From contig NC_043021.1 of assembly GCF_006345805.1 (NCBI RefSeq), forward strand, positions 12,834,001 to 12,898,000: a stretch of DNA of 64,000 bases. Direction: 5' to 3'. The position numbers and the translations under genes were made by a program. This document shows, piece after piece, positions 53,360 through 64,000 of the stretch; position 1 is the stretch's first letter, and the number at the start of each line of letters is the position of its first letter. The DNA is from Octopus sinensis (lineage: Eukaryota). The notes beneath the pieces were generated by a model. The model was not told where the DNA came from and did not search any database. It saw only the letters and a list, made by a program, of their open reading frames with translations.

Positions 53360-54111
53360 GGCACACACATATGCAAGCATGCACACACACACACACATAC
53401 GTGCACAAACACGTACACTCACATGTGCACACATAAACACACATGCACACACTAACTCACGCACATGCACACAGAAACACACAAAAGCACACACAAACAC
53501 ACGTGTACATACACATGCACCCACACACACACGTGCACACATAAACACATGCAAGCACAAACATGCACACATAAACTCACACACATGCACACACACACAA
53601 GCAGATGCACACATGTACACCCACATGTGTACATACACATACACACACATAAACACACATGCACGTGCAAACTCACACATATGCACATAGACATGCACAC
53701 ACACACCAGTGCACACAAACATGCACACACAAATACAAACACACACTCACAAGCATACACAAAAACACACACACATAAATACACACATCCACACATGCAA
53801 CCACAAACACACACACATACACATCTACATATGCATTTTCACACACATACATAGCATGCACATGCATTCATTTACACACACATATATGAATACATGCACA
53901 CACATTCTTAGAATGCAATTAATCATACATACAAAAAAAAATACGCATACACTCACATAGACATATGCACACACACACACACACACTTACACACACACAC
54001 TTAAACAAGTAGATAGACACACAAAGTAGATGACTCATGCATATGTCATGAATAACATTTCATACACACACATACACATACACACACATACAAACACATA
54101 CACACTCAGCC

Positions 54112-54160
<49 letters not shown>
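53360..54160. repeat. Long degenerate (CA)n/(ACAT)n/(GCAC)n tract ending in (TA)n
   Basis: Direct inspection. Confidence 0.95.
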
Positions 54161-54161
<1 letters not shown>

Positions 54162-55229
54162 TATAAAAGGATAGAATTGTGGAAATTTTTTTCAGTGGGG
54201 CCAGCATATAATATACAGACCTACAAAGGTGAAATCATAAATACAATTATAACTAATGGCATAGAAAAAATTCTTGCTTATATGCTGAAAGGAGATGCTA
54301 ATATATATATACCTGAGTAAGCACATAAATGTGAAACAAGGTGGATAAAAAGAGTACTCAAATACCAGAGGTAGAGTAATATGCTTTATTTAAAAGTAGC
54401 AGAAATATAGCTAAAGCTGTCACTCAGAGTTTCGTCACACAGTTTTGTTAAAAGGGAATATATATATATATATATATATATAGATAGATAGGTAGATAGA
54501 TAGATAGATAGATATAGATATAAACAAAATATGAGACTATTTATAACTGCATGTGTCTACTTTTGCAACCTTCAAAACATATAGCATTGGATGTATGCAT
54601 GTAGATCAGTTTACATATATCCATGAGCATATATGTGTGTGTGTGCATGTATGTATGTGTATGTATACACATACACACACACAAATATATATATATGTAT
54701 GTATAAATATATATATATATGTATGTATGAATATAAAAATGTTTTAGCCCGAAGGCCGCGGCCATATACTTACATATATATGTATATACATATGCATATG
54801 TAAGCACAGGGCATCACAGAACATAAACAACATGAAATACGAAATATGAATACATGGAATATGAACTGTTTTTCTTTTTTGTAAACAACAAAAGAAACAA
54901 TTGGAAAACAAGACAAGCAACATAAAGAACGACCCTTCATCAGTTGTTGGCTGTTCTTCTAATCTGTATTTCATGCAATTCACAACGAGATATGCTTTCG
55001 ATAAAACTGTTACTCCTGCTAAGCAAATTAAATAAAATTTGGGATTTTGCAGAGGGTCGAAATTGATAACAAAAACAGAACAGTGAAAACAAACAGGAAA
55101 GGCTGCTAAGCCTAAACACAATATATATACTAGGCTGTAGGCCATTAGGCCAAGTATCTGCCATTGTAGCCTTGGTTTGACGGCTAACTTGTGAGTAGAA
55201 TCGGTAGATGGAACCAGTGCAAAACCCCA

Positions 55230-55435
55230 TTATGTATATATGTATGTACATGATTGTTGGCAATTTTTTTCTTCCTTTGTCTTGGATTTCCCTGTTTCTG
55301 AAGAAGAGCTATGCTCGAAATGTAAAACTTCTACTCTTTTTCTTCTCTGAGCATCTTATTAATACATTGGTGCCATGTCCAAATCTTTGCTTGTTTTTTC
55401 TTTTTCTCTGTGTTTTTTTGAATTGACTATATATA
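55230..55435 (+). mobile_element. Penelope-like terminal-repeat fragment with a minimal hammerhead-like motif
   Basis: GTTT-CTGAAGA-A-GAGC(TAT)GCTC-GAAA-TGTA-AAAC at 55294-55328, then a T-rich tail ending in (TA)n. Family assignment is inferred from the motif; boundaries approximate. Confidence 0.5.
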
Positions 55436-55439
55436 GTCT

Positions 55440-55812
55440 TTTATTCTTTTATTTGTTTCAGTCTTTTAACTACAGCCATGCTAGAACACCGCCTTTAGTC
55501 GAAAAAATCAATCCCAGGACTTATTCTTTGTAATCCTAGTACTTATTCTATCAGTCTCTTTTGCTAAGTTACAGGGACATAAACATGTCAATATGGGTGT
55601 CAAGCAATTGTGCGGGGACAAACACAGACACACAAATATATATATATATATATGATTGGTTTCTTTCAGTTTCTGTTTACCAAATCCACTCACGTGGCTT
55701 TAGTCAGCCTGAGGCTATAATAGAAGACACTTGCCCAAGGTGCCATGCAATGGAACTGAGCCCAGAACCATGTGGTTGGTAAGCAAGCTCCTTACTACAC
55801 AGCCACTCCTGC
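55440..55812 (-). mobile_element. Family A SINE, near full length
   Basis: Head GCAGGAGTGGCTGTGTAGTAAGGAGCTTGCTTACCAACCACATGGTTC on the minus strand. Confidence 0.8.
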
Positions 55813-55832
55813 GCCGATATATATATATATAT

Positions 55833-56358
55833 CAAAAAGGAGATCTCACGGAGAGTAAGGGCCGGATAGAAGGCGTTCAATGGCATAAGGGATGTGCTCA
55901 AGGGAAGGTTGGACAGGACCACCCGCACCAACCTCATTAACAGTGCAGTTCTGCCTGCAATGTTATATGGTAGTGAAACATGGGCTACCACAAAGAGAGA
56001 AGAGCAAAGACTGATAACAGCTCAAAGAGCCATGGAAAGGTCAATGCTTGGTATCTCGAGAGAGCACATAAATAGCAACATCATCAGAAAGAAGTCCGGT
56101 GTGAGAGATGTCATCGCAGAGTATACTTGCAGCAAGTATAGATGGGCTGGACACGTCGCCCGGCTCACCGATAATCGGTGGACGCACGCAGTTGCCGAGT
56201 GGTACTCGCGTGAGCGGAAAAGACCTCCACGACGGTGGAGTGACAATTTCAAGAGGACGATTGGGATCACGTGGACGAGAAATGCGCGATCCAGCGAGGA
56301 GTGGACAGCGGTGTCAAATGGACGCCTGACGGACTGGTTGGTCACAGTGATCAAAGTG
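55833..56358 (+). mobile_element. 5'-truncated RTE-clade LINE (3' end of ORF)
   Basis: VLPAMLYGSETW...QRAMERSMLGI..IR..SGVRD..KYRWAGHVAR..DNRW..RPPRRWSD is the RTE C-terminus; inserted in a (TA)n run. Confidence 0.92.
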
Positions 56359-56828
56359 ATATATATACATACATATATACTCTTCTACTTGTTTCAGTCA
56401 TTTGACTGTGGATATGCTGGAACGCTGCTTTTAATCAAGCAAGTCATATATATATAATCAGCATTTGACATCCATTTTCTATGCTGCCATGAGTTGGATG
56501 GTTTGACAGGAGTTGGCAAGCCAGAAGACTGCACCAGATTTCACTCTCTATTTTAGCATGGTTTTTACGGCTGGATGCCCTTCCTAATGCCAACCACTTT
56601 ATAGAGTGGCCTGGGTGCTTTTTATGTGGCACCAGCACCAGTGAAGCCTGAATATGTGTGTGTGAGTGTGCATGTGTGTGTGTGGTGTGTGTGTGTGTGT
56701 GTGTTTGTGTCTATCCCTCATTGCTGCCTGGTGAGTGTTGGTGTGTTTATGTCCCTGTAACTCAGCAGTTCAGCTTGGCTGCAGTCTAATGACTGAAACA
56801 AATAAAAGATAGAAGATGTATACAGATG

Positions 56829-57330
56829 CAGGTGTGGCTGTGCATGAAGAAGCTTGCTTCCCAACCACAGGGTTCCAGGTTCAATGTTACTGCGTGGCAC
56901 TTTGGGCAACTGTTTTCCTCTATAGCCTCAGGCCGACCAAAACCTTGTGAATAGATTTGGTAGATGGAAACTGAAAGAAGCCTGTCATATGTATGTGTGT
57001 GTGTGCATGTGTGTGTGTGTGCATGTATGTGTGTGTGTGTGTGTGCATGTGTGTGTGTATGTGTGTGTGTGTGCATGTGTGTGTGTATGTGTGTGTGCAT
57101 GTGTGTGTGTATGTGTGTGTGTGTGTGTGTGTATGTGTGTGTTTGTCCCCCAGTACTACTTAACATCTGGTATTAGTGTGTTCTGTCACTGTAACTTAGC
57201 AGTTCAGTGAAAGTGACCAATGGAATAAGTAAGGGCTTAACAAATACTAAGCACTGGAGTTGATTCACTCAACATAAATTTCTTCAAGGTGTTGCCCCAG
57301 TATGGCCACAGTCTAATGACTGAAACAAGT
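56829..57330 (+). mobile_element. Family A SINE with expanded internal (TG)n
   Basis: Head GCAGGTGTGGCTGTGCATGAAG...CTTTGGGCAACTG; inverted relative to 55440-55812. Confidence 0.8.
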
Positions 57331-57338
57331 AAAAGATA

Positions 57339-57378
<40 letters not shown>

Positions 57379-57692
57379 ATGTATATGTATATATATATAT
57401 ATATATATCATCATCCAGTGTTTTAAATCCAGGTTTTGTCCCCATTAATGGGGGTGGCCAGATCTACCTCAATGCCATAGCAACCGAGGCAGGGTGGCTG
57501 GTGCCCATCCTCCTTTGCTATCATGAAGCTTTTTTGGAGCTAGCTTTTTTACAGGGAGCATGCCCTTGCTTACCCTCCAACCTCAGATTTTACCACGATT
57601 ATAACAAATGTGGTGGAAAACTAGCTCAGGAAGGCAGGGATGCTATTCCCTGAAACCGCTTTCGGAGCCCCCCCCCGACCTATATATATATA

Positions 57693-57732
<40 letters not shown>

Positions 57733-57766
57733 GTATATGTACATGTATAATACACACATACATATA

Positions 57767-57984
57767 TGAGGCGAGTGCTGCAAAGTCCCTGGCTTGGGTA
57801 AAAGAAAATACAGGAGGATCAGTAAATTATGATTTTATCCAACATATTTCCCTCTCAGGTTCACACACTTATTGTAGTGGTCCTTCAGATTTTCTAAGTC
57901 CTGTAAAAGAACTCAGAAGGTTAGGCCTTCAGCCAGGTTTTTTGAGATAACCCTTAAAACCTGGAACTTTTCTGCATCCCCTCA
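57767..57984. mobile_element. Mariner-type MITE (218 bp)
   Basis: TIRs TGAGG(C/G)GA.TGC(T/A)G(C/A)AAAGT(C/T)CC, TA flanks. Confidence 0.75.
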
Positions 57985-58112
57985 TATATATATATATATA
58001 TATTGGCCTGCTCGCTTAGCCAGCGGGGTAGCATCATTTGAAGGCTAAAAAACAATGTGAAGCACATTGTGACCAGCGATGTGTAGCAACATCTGATAGC
58101 CTAGTCGGAAAG

Positions 58113-58167
<55 letters not shown>

Positions 58168-58479
58168 GTATGTATACACACACACATATATGTATGTATG
58201 TATGTATAGATACATACATACATACATACATACATATGCACATAAACACAAACATCCAGACACACATTCATGCAAAAACACACACACATGTGTAAGTAGA
58301 GCATCGGAGAATCTGTGGCAGCAGAAGATCTTTTTTTTTTACTCTTTTTTTTTATTGCTGTTGTTTGATATTTTGCAACACACACACATATATATATATA
58401 TCTAGTTGCCCATATTGATCAACTTAAAATTTGTTGTTGGAGATGATTTACGTCTATAAGAAATGGTGGATAAAAAGCA

Positions 58480-58750
58480 ATGATGATGATGATGATGATG
58501 ATGACAGTGGTGGTGATAACGATGATGATGGTGATGATTGCATGATTGCAGTAGTAGTAGTAGTAGTGGTAGTAGTAGTAGTAGTAGTAGTAACAGCAGC
58601 AGGAGTAGCAGTAGTAGTAGTAGTAGTAGTGGTGGTGGTGGTGGTGGTAGTAGTGGCAGTGGAGGTGGTGGTGATAATAATGGTGAGAATGATGGCAGCA
58701 GCAGCAGGAGCAGCAATTGGAGTGGTTATGGTGGTGGTGGCAGTGGCAGG
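58480..58750. repeat. Compound trinucleotide tract (GAT)n/(AGT)n/(GGT)n/(GCA)n
   Basis: Direct inspection. Confidence 0.9.
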
Positions 58751-59069
58751 GCTGAAACTGTATAAAATAATAAAAAAAAAAGAAGAAACTAGGTTATTGT
58801 GTAGGGGTGTAAGTATGTACGCTTGCAGTTGAGGCTGTGGTCGTTATTATTACTGTGATTGTGTTGCAACTATATTGTCTATATTTAGTTATATTTGTGT
58901 GCGTGTGTGTATACATAGGTGTATGTGATATCTCTCTTTCTCCCTCTCTCTCTCTCTCTCTCGCTATCACTCTCCCTCTCACTTCTCCCCTCTTTTTTCC
59001 CTCTCACTCGCTTCCGTTCCTCTTCTCACTTCCTCTCTCCCTCTGTCTTGCTGTCAATACATATAAATA

Positions 59070-60020
59070 AATAATTGTATGTATATTATATATGTGTATA
59101 TATATATATATACATATATATATATACACACATATATATATACATATATATATACATACATATATATATATACATATATATATATGCATATATATATATA
59201 TATACATGCATATGCATATATATATATATACACACACACACACATATACGCATATATATATATATATATAATATAATATATAGATATATAAATAATTACA
59301 TATATATATATATATATATGAATATAATATAATGTGCGTTTGTGTGTGTGCATGTATATGTGTGTGTGTGTGTATATATATATATTGTGTATGTATATAT
59401 ATATATAATAGATTTGTAAACACCAATTTCAAATCGATAGAAATCAGCAAACCCATCAGTGGACAGTTCTTAAATTGATGTTTAGAAACATGTAACATTG
59501 AATAATGCTTATATCACAGATCTTTATATAATATATAATATATATGCATACATAAAAAATGTGTGTGTGTATAGAGAGAGAGATAATGAGAGAGAGAGAG
59601 AGGGAAAGACACACACAGATGCATGCACATGCACACACATACACACATACATACACACACACACGGGGCATACATGAAGATGGCGGCATCATAGAGCTTC
59701 TTACCTGTCTATGATGAACAATGCCACTCCTTTGAATTAACATACCCTCAAAAATCTTCCTGTACTCTGTGTGTGTGTGTCTAAGTGTATACAAGTTTGT
59801 GTATGTACGTGTGTATGCATGTGCGTGTGGGTTTGTGAGTGTGTGTGTGAGTGTGTATGTGTGTGTGCATGTGCGCGTGTATATGTGGGTTTGTGTGTGA
59901 GTGTGTCTGTGTGCATGTGTGCATACGAGTGCATGTATGTGTGTGTGTTTCTGCATACATGCAAGTGTGTACATGTGTATGTGCATGTGTGTATACATGC
60001 TCATGCATGCACGTGTGTGT
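59070..60020. repeat. Compound (TA)n, (GA)n, (CA)n and (TG)n microsatellites
   Basis: Direct inspection. Confidence 0.9.
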
Positions 60021-60823
60021 ACATGCCTTTTATTTTTTGTCATTTACTTGATTCCTTCACTGGACTGCGTCCATGCTGGAGCACCACCTTGAATGGTTGA
60101 AGTGAAAGGAATCAACCCCAGTTGTTGTTTCTAAGTCTGGTACTTATTCTATCGATCTCTTTTGCCAGACAGCTAAGTTGCAGAGATGCAAACGAACCAA
60201 CACCGTTTGTAAGGGAAGAGGACATTAAATGATGGTGGTGATGATGGAGATGAATATTCCTAGTGGCAACTCCAGCATGGTTTCTATGGCTTGAGGCCCT
60301 TGCTAATGCCAACTACTTTACAGAGTGTGCTTTTAGGCGCCACTGCACAGCACTTTTACATGGAACTGCATGAGTGCTGTTTTTACATGGCACTGCACGG
60401 ACGCTTTTATGTGGCACTGCATGGGTGCTTTACACCACCACCACCATCAGAGGGACCAATCTTAACACTTTGAAAAATATAATAGGATTTTTTCCAAACA
60501 TTGAATGGCTTTGATGGTCCATCCACGTAAAACAGGAATCAAAGGTGTCCCTCGGCAAACAATGGTTGTGAAACACTACCCTAACCACACACACACACAT
60601 GCTTATTGTGCATGTGTCCATATCATTGGTTATTCATTGACTTGAGCTTATTGACCTTATGGCAAGTCTTGCTTTATGTCTTTCAGGCTAATTAAAATCA
60701 TCTGCCTCATAAAGCAAGCTTGGTTGGGGTTGTCAGTTTAATTGCCAATGACCCCACCAAGCAACAGATTGCATGGGGTCACATGCTACAAGTAGCATTC
60801 ACGAGTGATATCACACATTAGAC

Positions 60824-61023
60824 CAGTGCTTTTCAAACTTTTTGCTGGAGTGGAACCCCAAGAAAACATTTCACTGGCTCGAGGAACCCATGTGCAATAA
60901 TTTAATTGTCCTATGCACACATATCTGCACAGGAGAATTAAAAATTACTGTCGATTTTAGCATTTTTTAACTTCTTGCGGAACCCCTGGACTGTACTGAC
61001 GGAACCCTGGTTGAAAACCACTG
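60824..61023. mobile_element. hAT-type MITE (200 bp)
   Basis: TIRs CAGTGCTTTTCAAAC / GGTTGAAAACCACTG; perfect 8-bp TSD CATTAGAC. Confidence 0.9.
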
Positions 61024-61158
61024 CATTAGACTATGAAGTATTATGTACCCTCCCTAAACCCCTCGCTCTGTTTATATGATTGGGAGAATATTTCTCTTCA
61101 TGTGTATGATGAGAGGAAAGTGTTTCAGTCAATCATGTTCAATTAAACATTTACATTA

Positions 61159-62048
61159 TCAGGTCATTAAGAATGAACTGTTAGATTTTCTTATGCACCA
61201 AGTTTGACAGTCATTAACTCTAATGTTTTATCCTGACAGTTCTTTGTTTTACAACACCAAAGAGTTACATCATCACTTTTCAAAATGCAATTCATGGTGT
61301 TTGATTATATTGTGAGTTTTCTCTTGTAAATCAATTTTTGTGATTCCATGTATAGAACAAAAATTCATGTTCTTTATGAATATGAGTTCCATCATGGAAC
61401 TAATGCATCCCAGACAGCTTGAAACATCGATGAGGTGTTTGGTGAAGATGTGATGAATGAGTGCACTGTACGTCAATGTTTTGAGAAGTTCTGATCTGGT
61501 GACTTTACTCTTGAAGATGAGCTGGAAACTGTAGTGGAAGCAGATACATCTCAAACTATGCGTGAGTTAGCAGCAAGGTTTGATGTTTCAATTCCAACAG
61601 TATTGGACCAACTGAAACAAATCAGCAAGGTAAAGGAGCTGGACAAATAGGTACTGTACGAACTGAATGAGCATCAAATGACATGTCTTGCGAATAGCTG
61701 ATCTTTTCTGTCATGGTATAAAAGCAAACCATGTTTGCATTGTATTGATATGTGTGACAAAAAATGGATTCTTTTCAACAATAGCAAATGTTACCCATGC
61801 TGGTTGGGTAGAGGTAAAGTGCCAAAACACAATCCAGAAAAGAATATTCACCGAAAAAAGCTAATGGTATCTGTTTAGTGGTCCAGTGCTGGTGTCATCC
61901 ATTACAGCTTCATGAGACCTGGTAAGCCATTTATAGCAGATGTGTACCTCAACCAACTGGATGAAATGAGAGACAACTGAAATTCATCAGTAGAGACAGG
62001 CCAATTCTCTTGCAAGACAACGCTCAACCACATGTTGTACAAAGAACG
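61159..62048 (+). mobile_element. 3'-truncated decayed mariner
   Basis: Left end TA-TCAGGTCATT; remnants GTNASQTA.NIDEVFGEDVMNECTVRQCFEKF.SGDFTLEDE, CDKKWILFNN, KKLMVSV.WSSAGVIHY, LLQDNAQPHV; no right TIR. Confidence 0.88.
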
Positions 62049-62544
62049 TTTATCGTTTTGTGGAAACTGGGTTCTTGAGGTGGTCATTAAGCTTTGCAGT
62101 AATTTTGGGAGCTGTACTTTTGTAATCCTTTCTAACAATTCACTTAAGAGTCCGACGGTCCCTGTCTGAAACTTTTGGTTTTCTTCTGGAGTTTTGCTTT
62201 GACGAGGAGGTTTTTCCCTCTTTCCCAAATGCTGTCATTACTTCCAAGACAGTACTTCTTGATGCACCAAACATTTCAGCTGTTTTCATTACGCTAGCGC
62301 CTGCCATACAAGCACCAACAATTCGACCTCTTGAAAGACTGCTAGATCTGTCATTTTAATGAATTTTTATTACCTTATTCTAATGATATCTGAAAAGATA
62401 CAGCAATTTCAGCAAAACATATTAAGCAACACTAATAATAAATAAAAAAAGCATGAAAGTAAACAAGCTCTTGATGGTTTTATAGATATTTCAAAATTAT
62501 CATGCTATGATGCTAGGTGTTTCCATTATTTGGTCCAACCCCTA
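62049..62544 (-). mobile_element. 5' fragment of a Tc1-like transposon
   Basis: End TA-TAGGGGTTGGACCAAATAATGGAAACACC; paired-like HTH remnant QRGRIVGACMAGASVMKTAEMFGASRSTV...RKPKVSDRDRRTL..IVRK (ATG 62354), with a frameshift and a stop. Confidence 0.85.
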
Positions 62545-63459
62545 TATCATCTGAAGTGTAGAGTTTTACATATCCATTACAGCTAATCATGCCAATTGGT
62601 TTTGTGCTAGGGTTTCAACAGTGTTACATAACAATCCAATTATATAACCTATAGACTCTTAGACAACTTACACACACACACACATATATATATATACATA
62701 TATGTATGTATGTATATTGTTTTAAAGTTAGAGAATTTTCTTAAAAAGTTATCTTCATAAGGTATTTCGTTTTCTTTTTCATACTTTATCTAAAAGTTTA
62801 AAGCCCAATCTGAATAAATTTTCCCATCTTCTGGTTCCTGTATGACAAACAGGAACATGAATGCGAACCAGGACATTTCTGCAAGAGAACCGTTCATATT
62901 AAAACGTTGTTTAGCCATCGGTCAGGTCACATCAAACGCAGTCCAGCCGTTAATCGGATCTAGGTTTTTTTCTCCCCTCTAAATGACACAGTGTGATTAG
63001 AGAGAGTGAGAGAGAGAGAGAGAGAGAGAGAAAGATTTGGCAGAGCTTTTTTACTCGTAAAGTCGTATGACATTGCAAAAAGCTCAGGAATGAATAGACA
63101 TGCACATGCGATCGTCGTTCCCGCGTATATTAAACGTTTGCTTGTGCGTGCGTATGTGTACGTGTGTATGCGTATGTGTGCGTGCTTGTGTATGTGTGTG
63201 TCTGTCTCTTTGCGCGCGCGCATACCCCTTTCTTTTCTTCGAAGGAGGGAGGGTCCTTCCACGAAAAGGCAGAGCACACTTCGCTTCACGACACACTAAC
63301 TTATATTCAAATTTTGCAACTATTTTATTGATTTTTTAATTAATTTTTTTTATGCCGATGCCGTCCATATTTAGTTTCCACAGATCCCACATATATGTGT
63401 GTGTGTATGTCTCTCCCCCCCCACTCTCTGTTTTGCTTTCACAACGTCTGTTTCATTTA

Positions 63460-63490
<31 letters not shown>

Positions 63491-64000
63491 CATCATTATT
63501 TCAAAGTTTATATTCTTTGAATTTTTTTCTTTCTTCGGTGCCACAGATTTGGGGATTCAGAAGACGGGACTAAGCATCCATCTATTAGAAAAGTCAACAA
63601 CAACAACAACAACAACGAAGATGACAGTGGACAAAACAACTGACCCAATTACAACTGCCGTCTTGTACCGTCTCAGAAACACTACACCACTGTGTGGTTG
63701 TGTTTGTGCCACTCTGTCTGTGTGTTTACGTGTTACCATTTGTGTGTGTGTGTGTGAGTTTATTCTTTCGGTTTCCTTCTCTCTAAGTCTATCGATCTTT
63801 CGTTCTTTTGTTTTAAGTTTCTATCTAATTCTATCAGTCTCTTTCACTAATTTTCTTTCTCTCCCTCTCTCTCTCTGTACACACACACACACACGTCTAA
63901 CTCTTCATATCTCTAACACATACACACACACACTCTCCCTCTCTTTCTACATACTCATATATATATGCCTCTAAGTCTCCGTCTCTTTCTTACACTCTCT

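Noticed and set aside
54930-54950. Minus-strand CTGATGAAGGG as a second hammerhead
   Set aside because: No downstream GAAA or stem II; at most a repeat remnant.
58402-58832. Poly-Ser/Gly, poly-Val and poly-Leu ORFs resembling membrane or low-complexity proteins
   Set aside because: Trinucleotide tracts open in several frames on both strands, with no unique domain.
60340-60435. 24-26-bp tandem units as a CRISPR-like array
   Set aside because: No unique spacers, eukaryotic context, and it lies inside a SINE tail.

Overview
AT-rich animal genomic DNA packed with (TA)n/(CA)n microsatellites and tRNA-derived SINEs; the repeat content suggests an octopod cephalopod (inference, not a database result). 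One protein-coding gene is supported: the 5' part of a Mi-2 / CHD3-4-5 chromatin remodeller on the minus strand. I resolved nine coding exons by hand (ATG 46080 to 3413; 1398 nt, 466 codons, all intron phases compatible), encoding an acidic/basic N-terminus, CHDNT, PHD1 and PHD2; the gene continues left of position 1. Intron 8 (16.2 kb) holds a decayed mariner (11003-17350) into which a full-length decayed Gypsy element (11828-16921, two LTRs, CAGC target duplication) has inserted. Upstream of the gene (48.3-64 kb) is TE-rich DNA: SINEs, an RTE LINE 3' end, a Penelope-like fragment with a hammerhead-like motif, MITEs and a mariner/Tc1 fusion. The best leads are regulatory and all are hypotheses: signs of regulated or mutually exclusive splicing at the PHD2 exon, a candidate poison exon in intron 2, and an ETS/NRF1-type internal promoter in intron 1. 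I found no clearly new biological system. Most ORFs in the supplied track are microsatellite or TE artefacts.
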